Positions 44,448 through 55,249 of a DNA stretch of 64,000 nucleotides are shown in pieces. The notes below the pieces were generated by a model, which had not been told where the DNA came from, ran no database searches, and worked only from the letters and a program-made list of their open reading frames with translations. The number at the start of each line of letters is the position of its first letter. Within the stretch, counting starts at the first letter, position 1. Origin of the DNA: an uncultured delta proteobacterium (lineage in GTDB: Bacteria; Myxococcota_A; Polyangia; Palsa-1104); the NCBI GenBank assembly GCA_963785725.1, contig CAWAWS010000039.1, positions 256,001-320,000 on the forward strand. The letters run 5' to 3'. The translations under genes and the position numbers were made by a program.

Positions 44448-45947
44448 TTAGACATGCTCCACCTTCCTCGACGCTCGCGGCACCATTCCCACGAGCGGCA
44501 ACAGCCCCAGCTGCTCGACGTCCGCGCGATCGTAGAGCCGGTCATCCAGCAGCGCCAACCCAATGGCCAGCGCGATCGCCAACAGGAGCGAGATGGCCAT
44601 GCCCGCGCCCGCGACCACACTGCGCGCCGGCTTGGCCGCGTGCGTGGGCGTGAACGCCGCATCGACCACCACCATCTGCGCCGTCCGTCCCGTCGCCGCG
44701 GCGCTCTCCACCATCGACGCCTTGAACTCCTTGTCCTGCAGCGATCCGAAGCGCTCACGCACCTCGGCCACCTCGCGATTCAGCCGCGTCCAGTCGGTCT
44801 CGAGCGCCACCACCGACGTCGCCACCGTCGACGGCTGCTCCGCCTGCCGCTTCTTCGCCTTGTACTGCACGATCTCGTCGTTGATGCGCTTGAGCTCGTT
44901 CTCGAGGGCCGCGCGATCGATCGTCCCCTCGTCCTCGGCCTTCGCTTCGGTCTTCTGCTGCGCCGCCGCGATGCTCGCCGACACGGCGTCCGTCGCCCGC
45001 TTGAGCTTGTCCTGCGCCAGCTTGTAACGCAGCTTGGCCGCGCGCACGTCGGGATGCTCCTCGGTGTACTGCGACTGCTTGTCCGCCAGATCCTTCTGCG
45101 CCGCGCGGAAATCGGAGTCGGCTTCGCCCTTGATCTGCAGCAGCACCGGATCGGCCTGGGCCTCGTTCTTCTTGCGCGCCACCGGCATGCCGAGCCGCTC
45201 TTGCAGGCGCGTCGCCTCGCGCTCGAGCGACGCCAGCGCCGGATCGGACGCCTTCGGCGCCGCGTTCTTGGCCGCGGCCGCGCGCACGGCCGTGCCCGCC
45301 TGATTGCCGCCGCCTTGCTGCGCCGCTTCCTTGGCGAACTCGGGATGCTTGGCCAAGAACTGCGCCAGCGCCGTCTCTTTTTCCTTCAGCTCGGCCTCGG
45401 TGTGGACGCGCTCGCCATCGAGGAAGTGCTTGGTGACCTCGGCCTGCAAGGCGTGCGTCTTCGAGTTCTCGGCGAGCAGCGCCTCGGCCAGCCGTGCCGT
45501 CACCTGCTGCACCGTCTTCGGATCGTCGCCGTCGAAGGCGAGCCCGAACGTGTCGCCGTCCTTGACGCGAAAGTTGATGTGCGCGCGCATCTCGTCGACG
45601 GCCTCGATGATGCCGCGATCCTCGACCATCGCCGGATAGAGCTTGTATTGCGCGATGATCTGCTCGAGCTGCGTGCGCGACAGCACCATTTCCTTCAGCC
45701 GCAGGCCGAGCTTGTTGGCGCGATCGCCCGAGTCCTCGCCGCCGACGAGATCCGACGAGCGGATGCCTTCGCGATAGAGGATGAGCGTCTCGGACTTGAA
45801 GACGCGCTTGCGCATCATGGCGTAGCCGACGGAGGCGCCGGTGCCGATGACGAAGAGGACGAGCGCCGCGCCTATGAAGCGGCGCGAGCGACCGAGGAGG
45901 GACAGCACGCGGTCGAGCCGATCGCGCGCGGTGCGGGGCTGGCTCAC
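44448..45947 (-). CDS. Polysaccharide co-polymerase (Wzz/GumC-like)
   Basis: Two TMs flanking a coiled coil, YTEEHPDV, LDDR..LG.P.VG.VP. Confidence 0.85.
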   Translation of the reverse strand: MSQPRTARDRLDRVLSLLGRSRRFIGAALVLFVIGTGASVGYAMMRKRVFKSETLILYREGIRSSDLVGGEDSGDRANKLGLRLKEMVLSRTQLEQIIAQYKLYPAMVEDRGIIEAVDEMRAHINFRVKDGDTFGLAFDGDDPKTVQQVTARLAEALLAENSKTHALQAEVTKHFLDGERVHTEAELKEKETALAQFLAKHPEFAKEAAQQGGGNQAGTAVRAAAAKNAAPKASDPALASLEREATRLQERLGMPVARKKNEAQADPVLLQIKGEADSDFRAAQKDLADKQSQYTEEHPDVRAAKLRYKLAQDKLKRATDAVSASIAAAQQKTEAKAEDEGTIDRAALENELKRINDEIVQYKAKKRQAEQPSTVATSVVALETDWTRLNREVAEVRERFGSLQDKEFKASMVESAAATGRTAQMVVVDAAFTPTHAAKPARSVVAGAGMAISLLLAIALAIGLALLDDRLYDRADVEQLGLLPLVGMVPRASRKVEHV

Positions 45948-46049
45948 GAGGCCCACAGTGTAGCACGAGGATTCGCGATAGCCGCGCCCGCGCAGCGGCG
46001 ACGGCGGGAGGCGGCGGCGCACTGCGCGGCGGGGGCGCGGCAGCTCGCG

Positions 46050-46580
46050 CAGCGGCGGAATGCGCGGCGGCGGAATGCCCGCCAGGCCGCGCGGCGGCGG
46101 AATGCCCGCCAGGCCGCGCGGATTGCCCGAGAGCTCGCGCAGCGGCGGTTTGCGCCCTGACGAGTTGCGCGGCAGCAAGTCGAGCGGCGGCAGCAATAAG
46201 CCGCGCCAGGCCGTCCGGTCGCGCGCTGGGGGCGGCGATGAGTTGCGCGGCGGCAAGTCGAGCGGCGGCCGCGACGAGTCGTGTACCGACGAATTGCAGG
46301 GCAGCGAGTCGAGCGGCGGCCGGGATGAGTCGTGTGCTGACGAGCTGCGCAGCAGCGAGTCGAGCGGCGGCCGCAACGAGTCGTGTGCTGACGAGCTGCG
46401 CAGCAGCGAGTCGAGCGGCGGCAGCAACGAGTCGCGCCAGGCCGACGGGCTGCGTGCCGGAGGCGAGTCGCGCCGGCCGGACGAATTGGGTCGCGAAGGC
46501 AAGTCGAGTCGGGTGGACGAGTTGGGTCGCGAAGGCGAACTGCCTGGCAGCGGCGAACTGCCTGGCAGCGGCGAATTGTC
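46050..46580. repeat. Composite tandem repeats (51-bp units plus 21-27 bp units)
   Basis: 51-bp period at 46237, 46288, 46339, 46390; shorter duplications on both sides. Confidence 0.85.
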
Positions 46581-46930
46581 GCACGTCGGCAGCGGCTAGC
46601 GTCGCGGTGGCACCTCGCGCGACTCGGATTGCGAGGCCAACCAAACGCACGTCCGCCACGAGTGGCACGGCAGAGGCAACACATTGTTGGGCTGCGCTTG
46701 TCGCAGCATCGGCACGTCGCGCAGCCAGCGCGGCGACCTTGAAACGGTCCGGTTGCGCTGCGGTGATCACAGGCGCCGAAATCGCAAAATGGCTAAGCAT
46801 TCGTGCGCCGCCCGCGGCGTATTCTCCCGCGACCCGCCGCTCGGCCGCGCGCCCGTCACCGCAGATTCGCCCGCCTCGCCCATCGATCTCGTCCCCCGTC
46901 TGCTGGCGCTCGCGAACGCCCCAACGAGCG

Positions 46931-48481
46931 CTACTTCGCGTCGTCGGACTTCCCCTTACGCCGCTTACTCGACGCTTTTCCGCCCGTTTTCGTCGATCGA
47001 CCGCCATCAACAGGCGGCTCGCCTGTGCCGATGCCACCCGTGCTTTTCGCGCCTACGCCGCTCTCTGCGCTGCTCGCGCGGTTACCGCCGTCCGAGCTGA
47101 TGACCCCACGGCCGTCGTCACCCTCGACAGCGGTGCTATCTGCGGCGGCGTCACTCCCGCCTGCCGCTCGACCATTGTCGGGCGCTCCGACGGACACCCC
47201 TCGTTTGGCGCCGCCGTTCCCGACCGAGCCGCCACCGTGCTCGGCTGAGCCGCCGGCACGCTGCCCGACCGAGCCGCCACCGTTCCCGGCTGAGCCGCCG
47301 CCGCCGTTCCCGACGGAGCCGCCGCTGTTTCGGCCCGACCCGCTGCCGCCGTCTCCGCCGCGGCCGCGCGAATCCTGCTGCAGCCGAATGTCGAGCGCGC
47401 CCACGTTGTCGCCGACAAACGGCCGCATCGCGCCCAACGCACGCAGTCCCAGCCGTTGCACATCCACCGTGCGGTAGATGCGATCGTCGAAGGCACCCAC
47501 TGCGATCATCGCCAGCGGCAGCGAGAAGAAGAACATCGCCACCGCGACGAACGCCAACAGCTTGTGCCGACTCACGCCCGCCGACGCCACGCGCCCCTGA
47601 TCCGTCAGCTCGAAGCGCAGCCCCAGCTGTTTACGCTCGATCTGCGAGCGCATGTAGATTCGCGTACGCCGTTTTTGCGCGGCCTCGAGCTGCCGCTCCA
47701 GCTTCGGCATGCCTTGCTCGAGGTCGATCGCTTGCACGAGCAGCTGCGCTGTCTCCGCCGTCGACTTGGCGCTCGCGCGCAGGAACTGCTTGGCGACGAG
47801 CGCCGCTTGCGCCTTCTCGAGCACCGCTTTGGCGTCGGCCACTTCGTCGTCGGCGGCAATGAGCGCGCTGTCGGCTTCGTCCTGGCGCGAGGTCGCTTCC
47901 GCCTCGGTGACGAGCGCGCCCAAGTCGCGCACGACGTCGTAAACCTGGCGCGGATCGTGGCCTTGATAGCTGATGGCGACGCGCGCTTCACGGCCGTCGG
48001 GTCCGGCGGCGCCTTCGATGAAGTAATTGCGCCAGACCTCGATGTTCAGATCGTCGCGCATCTCTTCGACGGCGAGCGACGGATCGCGCTTGGTCAGGCC
48101 GGGATAGAGGCCACGCGCGCGGATGACCGAGAGTAGGCGCGACGTCGAAAAGCAGATGTCGGCGACATATTCGCGCAGGCGGCCGTTGGGCGACGGCCCC
48201 GTCGCCGGATCGACGTCCCCTTCGACGACACGAAAGGCGATGCGCGACTCGAACACTTGCTGTTTGCGCGCGCGATAGCCGACAACGGTCGCGGTCGCGA
48301 GCAGCGTCAAGGCGAGCGTCAGCCACGGCCGCGCGGCCGCGCGCAGGAGGAGTCGGCGCAGCTCGTCGAGAACGCCGCCGGACGCGCGCTCGTCGGCATC
48401 CCAGCCGTGCGGCGCGCTCGCGGCCAATGGTTTAACCACCGGCCGCGGCGGATGCGGCCGGTTCGCGCGCGGCTCAATCAT
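46931..48481 (-). CDS. Second Wzz/GumC-like co-polymerase with Gly-rich low-complexity tail
   Basis: TM, coiled coil, TM, FDDRIY..LG..LG; GGGSVGN repeats. Confidence 0.75.
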   Translation of the reverse strand: MIEPRANRPHPPRPVVKPLAASAPHGWDADERASGGVLDELRRLLLRAAARPWLTLALTLLATATVVGYRARKQQVFESRIAFRVVEGDVDPATGPSPNGRLREYVADICFSTSRLLSVIRARGLYPGLTKRDPSLAVEEMRDDLNIEVWRNYFIEGAAGPDGREARVAISYQGHDPRQVYDVVRDLGALVTEAEATSRQDEADSALIAADDEVADAKAVLEKAQAALVAKQFLRASAKSTAETAQLLVQAIDLEQGMPKLERQLEAAQKRRTRIYMRSQIERKQLGLRFELTDQGRVASAGVSRHKLLAFVAVAMFFFSLPLAMIAVGAFDDRIYRTVDVQRLGLRALGAMRPFVGDNVGALDIRLQQDSRGRGGDGGSGSGRNSGGSVGNGGGGSAGNGGGSVGQRAGGSAEHGGGSVGNGGAKRGVSVGAPDNGRAAGGSDAAADSTAVEGDDGRGVISSDGGNRASSAESGVGAKSTGGIGTGEPPVDGGRSTKTGGKASSKRRKGKSDDAK

Positions 48482-49282
48482 GTGGCCCCTCGTGGCGGCG
48501 GGCTCGCGCTGCGGCGCGGGAATCGCGGGGCAGGCTCGGCTGCAATGGTTTAACCATTGCCCGCCGCCAATCGCGCCCGCCAAATAGCCGATCGCGATTC
48601 TGGATCGAGCGCGCAAAGCGAGCATCGGCCGGGAGTCCGGCCGCGGGGAGGCTCAACTGGCTTAGCCAGTCGAGGCGCGCTTGCGCCCTGTCGATCGATG
48701 CTGAATCAGCGTCGATCCTGCGCTGGCGAAGGCAGTGCAGGATCGTGCGCGCTGATTTAGACGCGTGGTCCGACCCGCCCGCGCGCGCCGCGACTTCGGC
48801 GTGTCCGGCACGTGAGGCGCGCGCCTCACGTAAGGCTCGGTCCAACTGTGCCGCGCGCGCCTCACGCGGAACGCCCGCGGCCAAGGGTTTAACCATTGGC
48901 CGCAACGACGCCGAACGAGCCGTGCGTCGCGCACCCATCGCCGATCGAGCGCGTTTGGCGCGCGCCGGGCGGTGAGTGTCGGGCAGCCGCTGCATGCGCA
49001 ATGGTTCAACCATTACCCGCGGCGACTGCGCACCCGCAGTGCGCGGCGCAACCAATCGACGTTCGACGGTGCTGGGCGCTGCCGCGAGATCGATGTCGGG
49101 CAGGCGCTGCGGCAGGATTGGTTTAACCATTGTCCACAGCGACCGCGCACTGGCATTGGGCAGCGCAAGTTTCCGACGTTCGACGGCGATCGGCGCGTGC
49201 TGCGAAACCAATGTCTGCCGACCGGTTCGCACACAAGGGTTTAACCATCGCCTGCAGCGACGGCGCGCGAGCCCCTCGATGC

Positions 49283-51364
49283 TTAGCCATGTGGCCCTCC
49301 GCAGCGCGCGCGCCAGGCGTCGTACAGCCGGCCGCGCGCCGCTTCCCAGGCCGCCGGATCTTCAGGCCACGCCGCCGCGCCGGCGCCCTCGTCGAGCGCG
49401 CGCGGCACGAGCTCCCGCAGCAGTGCGGCCGCGACATCCGCCGCGCCGCACTGCTCGAGCGCGCGCAACAGCAAGCGGTCCTGCAGCCCGCGTCGCAGCG
49501 TCTTCAGGCGCAACGAAGGCCACGGCCCGTCGACCGCCGCCGCCTCGGCCGACGCGCGCACCGTCTGCGCTTGCGCTGCGTGCGCCGGCTCGGCGTCGTT
49601 CGACCGCACTTTGGACGGCGCGCCCGACCGGTCCGACGACGCGCTCGGATTGGTCACACCTATCGATGACTTCGGGTCCGTCGCAGCGGCCACCGACGAA
49701 GACGTGTCGCCCGGGGCTTGTGGGGACGCGCCCTGCGGCGGCGGATAGAAGAGCACGCCGTCGCCGTTGCCCCAGTCGGGATTGCGCAGGCGCTTGCGCC
49801 GCTGGTCATACGTGAGCGGATCGGTGAGCACGTCAGTCGGTCCGCCGCCATTATACCGGTCGGCGAAGTAAGTGCCTTCCCAGGCGTACCAAAGCTCGAC
49901 GCCATAACGCGCGGCGATCCAACCCCAAGTCCGCAGCGACGGGCCGGCGGCGTCGATGACCATACTGCCCGCGGCCGGCGGCGTGCCGTTGTAGGTCCAG
50001 CGATGCGGCGGTCGCGACGCCGGCCCGATGAAGACGTCGATCGCGTCGCCGAAATCGCGATTGGGCGGCGCCGTCACCGCGCGCAACAGCTTGTCGTGCC
50101 GTCCGATACGCTCGCCGGCGGCGCGTGCCGACGCGCGTTCAGCCGCCGAATGCGGCTCGTCGATCGGAATCGTAAACGCCGTCTGCGCCCGCGTCGCGAA
50201 TTGGTTTAACCATTGCTGGACGTCGTGCTGCGCGCTCGCCACCGTCGAGAGATCGATCTCGACCGGCCAATAGCGCGTCCCCCGCATGAGTGCTTGCCGC
50301 GCGACAAATCGGTCGAGCGGCAGATCGGACGCGAGGTAGGCGCCGTGCGCACGGGCCAACGCGTGGTAGCGCTCTTCGAGCGGCAGGAGCGCGCGATCGT
50401 CGTCGGGCAGGCCGTGCGCGCGCGCGATCTCGGCCGGCATGTACCAGATCCAGACGAGCGGCTCCTCGTCGACGGCGACCTGCACCGCCTCGACGGTAAG
50501 CTCGACGGGAAACGTGCGCGTGCCGACGATGAGCGTGCCGCGATGCAGGCCCGGCGCGGCGTCGGCGGCGATGGCGACGTCGAACAGCGCGTCCCCGGTC
50601 ACAGGCTGCGACGAAGGACGCAGCGGATCGGGGTAAACGCCGGCGCCGCGACTCGGCCCATACATGGTCGTCGACGGTTCGCGGAGGTTCAACCATTGCA
50701 CGGCGAACGCGTCGACGTGCACCGCCGCGACATCGACCGCGCGGCCGGTCGGCGATTGCATCGGCGATACGGACGCTCGCTGCGTCGGTGCCGCCGCCTT
50801 CATCAACGGCTGCTGCGTGGGCGGCGACGCCCGTGTCGACCACGGCGCCTCGGTCGTTGGTGCGGTTGACGCCGCGCGTGTCGACGTTCGCGGCGACGCC
50901 GGTTTCGCGAACGGCGCTTCGGTCCCGGGCGTGGTTGACGCTGCCCTCGGCAACGTTCGCGGCGTCGACGTGCCCGCGTTCTGCGCTGCGGATGACGGTC
51001 CGTTCGGGGGCCGCGCGGCTGGTTGCGATTGCGGCGCCTCGCTCGTCGAAGGGGTGGGCGGCGGCTCGGTCGCAAACGTCAGCGAGCTCGCGGCGTCGTG
51101 CGTGCGCGTCAGGACCTGCAGCGCCAGCGTCTCGCCGCGACCGCCGCGCAATCGCACGCGCGTCCCGTCGAACAGTGGCGACGTCGCGGGCAGCGGCTCG
51201 TCGCGACGTAATCGCGTGTCCTCGGTCACGATCGCCAGCTCGGCGCCGCCCGCGGCGCGCGCGTCGGCGGTGCGGCCGTCGTCGCGAGGTTGCGCCGTGC
51301 GCGCATCACGCCGGCCGCAGCCGCTCAGCGCGACGAACGCAGCGACGACGAGAATGCGCGTCAT
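49283..51364 (-). CDS. Lipoprotein with probable DUF4091/glycoside-hydrolase-like C-terminal domain and Pro/Ala/Thr-rich insert
   Basis: Lipobox LSGC; GNGDGVLFYP, SLRLKTLRRGLQD motifs. Confidence 0.7.
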   Translation of the reverse strand: MTRILVVAAFVALSGCGRRDARTAQPRDDGRTADARAAGGAELAIVTEDTRLRRDEPLPATSPLFDGTRVRLRGGRGETLALQVLTRTHDAASSLTFATEPPPTPSTSEAPQSQPAARPPNGPSSAAQNAGTSTPRTLPRAASTTPGTEAPFAKPASPRTSTRAASTAPTTEAPWSTRASPPTQQPLMKAAAPTQRASVSPMQSPTGRAVDVAAVHVDAFAVQWLNLREPSTTMYGPSRGAGVYPDPLRPSSQPVTGDALFDVAIAADAAPGLHRGTLIVGTRTFPVELTVEAVQVAVDEEPLVWIWYMPAEIARAHGLPDDDRALLPLEERYHALARAHGAYLASDLPLDRFVARQALMRGTRYWPVEIDLSTVASAQHDVQQWLNQFATRAQTAFTIPIDEPHSAAERASARAAGERIGRHDKLLRAVTAPPNRDFGDAIDVFIGPASRPPHRWTYNGTPPAAGSMVIDAAGPSLRTWGWIAARYGVELWYAWEGTYFADRYNGGGPTDVLTDPLTYDQRRKRLRNPDWGNGDGVLFYPPPQGASPQAPGDTSSSVAAATDPKSSIGVTNPSASSDRSGAPSKVRSNDAEPAHAAQAQTVRASAEAAAVDGPWPSLRLKTLRRGLQDRLLLRALEQCGAADVAAALLRELVPRALDEGAGAAAWPEDPAAWEAARGRLYDAWRARCGGPHG

Positions 51365-51399
51365 CGCGCGACAGCTCCAAGTGACCTAGACCGTGAGAC

Positions 51400-51605
51400 C
51401 GAGTCGCGAATCTGCGAGGCCGACAGTGATGTCGACCAGTCGCGCGTCTGCGAGGCCGACAGTGATGCCGACCAGTCGCGAATCTGCGAGGCCGATAGTG
51501 ATGCCGACGAGTCGCGACTTCGCGCGGCCCACATCGATGCGGGCGAGTCGCGATTTTGCGAGCCCAACATCGATGCCGATGAGTCGCGATCCTGCGGGGC
51601 CAATA
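51400..51605. repeat. About 6 degenerate 36-bp tandem repeats
   Basis: AGTCGCG at 51402, 51438, 51474, 51510, 51546, 51582. Confidence 0.85.
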
Positions 51606-51748
51606 GCAGCGTTGACGCCGACGTCGACACTGAATGCGCATGCGAGTGTGACTGCGATGCGGACGCCGATGCCCATGGCCATGTTCGCTCGCTCGAATCG
51701 TCATTCCGACGACGGCTACAGGACCGGACGCGCCAACTGTGGCTGCTG

Positions 51749-52921
51749 CTAGCGATACGCACGGACCGCGTCCTCGAGCACGGCGTGCAGCCGCGCCGCG
51801 CTCTCCGCCCAGCCGCCGCGCGCGCCAATCGCGGCCACCTCGCTCGCGTCGTAATCGATCGCGACCTGCCGCTCCAGCGCGGCCGCCAGCGACGGTGCGT
51901 TCATTGGTTCAACCATTTCGCCCAACGCCGGCGAGGTCATGACATCGGGAATGCCGCCGACGCGCGTCGCGACCGCGCGCCGACCGCAGGCGAACGCCTC
52001 GAGCAGCACATTCGGCGTCCCTTCGTTCCAGCTCGGCAGCACGAAGAGGTCGCACGCCGCCAGCCAGCGCGGCACTTCCGCGAGCGGCCGCGCGCCGACG
52101 AGCTGCGCCTGCGGGCCGATGCGCGCCGCCATCGCCGCGCACTCCGCCCGCGCCGCGCCGTCGCCGACGAGCACGAGCGAGAGGTCGGGATGACGCGGCG
52201 CCAGCGTGGCAAAGGCGTCGAGCAGCTCGATGAGCCCCTTATCGCGCACGAGCCGACCGACGTAGACGATGACACGACCTTCCGGCGGCAGACCCAACTC
52301 GACGCGCGCTTGCCGGCGATCGCGCGGCTGAAACAGCGTAGCGTCGACGCCGTTGGCCACGATGGCGATGCGATCGCGCGCTACGCCCAGCGTCGCCAGC
52401 GAATCGGCGAGCGGTCGCGAAACGGCGACGGCACGCGTCGCCCGCGGCAAGAGCGCGCGCAGCTGCCGCCGCACCGACGGCAGCTTGGCGACGATATTGA
52501 CGTCCGATCCGTGCACCTTCACCACCGACGGCAGCCGCAGCGCCTCCGCCAGCATCACCGTGGCCGCACCGTCGGGATAGGCCCACGCGCCGAGCAGCAC
52601 ATCAGCCCGCCGGCGCCGCCACGCCGCTCCCAACAGCGACGCCGCGTACAGCGCCGCCGACGCGCCCGGCAGCTTGGGCGCCATCAAGTAGCGCGGGTGC
52701 GAAATGGTTAAACCATTGACGCTCTCCGTCGCTGGCACGGCCGCCAAACGACCGGCCGCGCTCCACTTGCGGAACATCCCGGCGCCCGGAAACCAGGGAA
52801 TGACCCCCAGCACCTCGACGTCGCAGAGCTTGCCGAGCGCGGTGAACTGCTGCTGATTGAAGGGCGACCAGAGCGGCTCGACCGGATTGGGAAACAGCCG
52901 CGTGAGGACGACGACGCGCAT
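51749..52921 (-). CDS. Glycosyltransferase family 4
   Basis: VHGSDVN, NGVD, VGRLVRDKG, PSWNEGTPNVLLEA. Confidence 0.93.
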   Translation of the reverse strand: MRVVVLTRLFPNPVEPLWSPFNQQQFTALGKLCDVEVLGVIPWFPGAGMFRKWSAAGRLAAVPATESVNGLTISHPRYLMAPKLPGASAALYAASLLGAAWRRRRADVLLGAWAYPDGAATVMLAEALRLPSVVKVHGSDVNIVAKLPSVRRQLRALLPRATRAVAVSRPLADSLATLGVARDRIAIVANGVDATLFQPRDRRQARVELGLPPEGRVIVYVGRLVRDKGLIELLDAFATLAPRHPDLSLVLVGDGAARAECAAMAARIGPQAQLVGARPLAEVPRWLAACDLFVLPSWNEGTPNVLLEAFACGRRAVATRVGGIPDVMTSPALGEMVEPMNAPSLAAALERQVAIDYDASEVAAIGARGGWAESAARLHAVLEDAVRAYR

Positions 52922-52962
52922 TCGTCCATCGATCTTACACGACGGGGCATTACACTCTCGAC

Positions 52963-53613
52963 ATGCTCAGCCTCTATCTGGTTCGCCACGGCCAGACCGA
53001 CTATTCGGCGCACAATCGTTTTTGCGGCAGCGTAGATCCGCCGCTCAACGACGTCGGGCACGCCATGGCCGAGGCGCTCGGCAAGCGCTACGGCGCCGGC
53101 CCTACGCCGGGTGAGCGCTGGAACGCGATTTACGCCAGCCAAATGCTGCGCGCGCGTCAGACCGCCGAGCCGACGGCGCGCGGCGCAGGAATTGGTTTAA
53201 CCATTGACGATGGTCTGCGCGAGATCGCCTATGGTGAGTGGGAGGGCCGGCCCGAGGCTGATGTCCAGCGCGACGATCCCGGGCGTTTCGCGGCCTGGGC
53301 GGCGCATCCCGGTCGTATCGCGCCGCCGGGCGGCGAGAGCGGTTACGCCATCGCCGCGCGCGCCATCGCCGCCGTCGAGCGCATCCGCGCCGCGCACAAA
53401 GACGGCAAGGTTCTCGTCGTCTCGCACAAAGCGACGCTTCGCGTGCTCGTCTGCGCGCTGATGGGCGTCGACGTCGATCTCTTCCGCACGCGCATCGCGC
53501 AGAAGACGTGCGCCGTGTCGATCATCGACTTCAAGCCCACGGGTCCGCTGCTGCAGGTGCTCGGCGACACCAGCCATTTGCCGCCCGAGCTTCTCGCGGG
53601 CGACGGCACCTGA
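52963..53613 (+). CDS. Histidine phosphatase (phosphoglycerate mutase family)
   Basis: LVRHGQT, RARQTA, LREIAYGEWEG, VVSH. Confidence 0.93.
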   Translation: MLSLYLVRHGQTDYSAHNRFCGSVDPPLNDVGHAMAEALGKRYGAGPTPGERWNAIYASQMLRARQTAEPTARGAGIGLTIDDGLREIAYGEWEGRPEADVQRDDPGRFAAWAAHPGRIAPPGGESGYAIAARAIAAVERIRAAHKDGKVLVVSHKATLRVLVCALMGVDVDLFRTRIAQKTCAVSIIDFKPTGPLLQVLGDTSHLPPELLAGDGT

Positions 53614-53636
53614 ACGCCGCGCACGACAGCGCGCGA

Positions 53637-54973
53637 ATGGTTGAGCCAATCGCCAAGCCGCGCCTGACACTGATTCCGCTCGTCGCCGCCACCTACTTCA
53701 TGGTGTCGGGCGGCCCGTACGGGCTCGAGGAGATCGTGGCCGGCGCCGGTTATCGCGGCGCGATCATCATCCTGCTCGTGACCCCGCTCGTGTGGTCGTT
53801 GCCGACGACGCTGATGGTCGGCGAGCTGGCCGCCGCGCTGCCCGAGGAGGGTGGCTATTACGCGTGGGTCAAGCGCGCGCTCGGTCGCTTCTGGGGTTTT
53901 CAAGAGGCGTGGCTCTCGCTCGTCGCCAGCATCTTCGACATGGCGATCTACCCGACGCTGTTCACGCTCTATCTCGGCCACTTGTGGCCCGCGCTCGCGG
54001 TCGGCCACCGCCCGCTCGTCGCCGGCGCGCTCATGATCTTCGTCTGTGGCGCCTGGAACCTGCGCGACGTGCGCGCCATCGGCTGGAGCGCCGTGGCGTT
54101 GACGGTAGCGCTCTTGGCGCCGTTCGCCGTGCTCGCCGCCAGCGCTTGGCTCGCGCCGACGGCCGCTCTTGCTCCGTCGCTCGCGTCGACGGCGTCGGCA
54201 AGCGGTGCCGCTCCGCCGTCGCTGGCGTCGGCGGGATTGTGGAGCGGCGTCCTCGTCGCCATGTGGAACTACATGGGCTGGGACAACGCCTCCACCGTCG
54301 CCGGCGAAGTCCACCGCCCGCAGCGAACCTACCCGCTGGCGATGCTGCTCGCCGTCGCCTTGGTCGCGCTCACCTACGTCATCCCCGTCGCTGCCGTCGC
54401 CCACGTCGACCTCGATCCGCGCGATTGGTCGACGGGTGGCTGGGTCGACGTCGCCCGCACCATCGGTGGCCCCTGGCTCGGCCGCGCCATCGCCGTCGGC
54501 GGCGTCCTGTGCGGCATCGGCATGTTCAACGCGCTCATCCTTTCTTACTCGCGCGTTCCCGTCGCCCTCGCCGAAGACGGCTTCTTGCCGCGCCAGTTCG
54601 CGCAGCGTTTGCCGTCGGGCGCGCCCTGGCTCGCCGTCGTCACCTGCTGCGTCGCCTACACGGCCTGCCTGGAAATTGGCTTCGTGCGCCTCATCGAGCT
54701 CGACGTGCTCGTCTACGGCCTCAGCCTGCTGCTCGAGTTCGTGTCGCTGGTCGCGCTGCGCATTCGCGAGCCGAAATTGGTTAAACCATTTCGCGTCCCC
54801 GGTGGCGTCATCGGCGCAGCGCTGTTGGGCGTGCCGCCGATGGCGCTCATCGTCGTGGCGCTAGTCAGCGGTTGTCACGAGCAAGCGGGCCGCTTGCCGA
54901 CGCTGGCTCTCGGCGCCATCCTGGTAGGAGCGGGCCCGTTGGTGTATTGGATTGGCGTTCGAAGGAGAAGCTG

Positions 54974-54974
<1 letters not shown>
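53637..54974 (+). CDS. APC-family amino acid/polyamine permease
   Basis: VSGGPYGLEE, GGYYAWV, WNYMGWD; about 12 TM helices. Confidence 0.9.
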
Positions 54975-55248
<274 letters not shown>

Positions 55249-55249
<1 letters not shown>

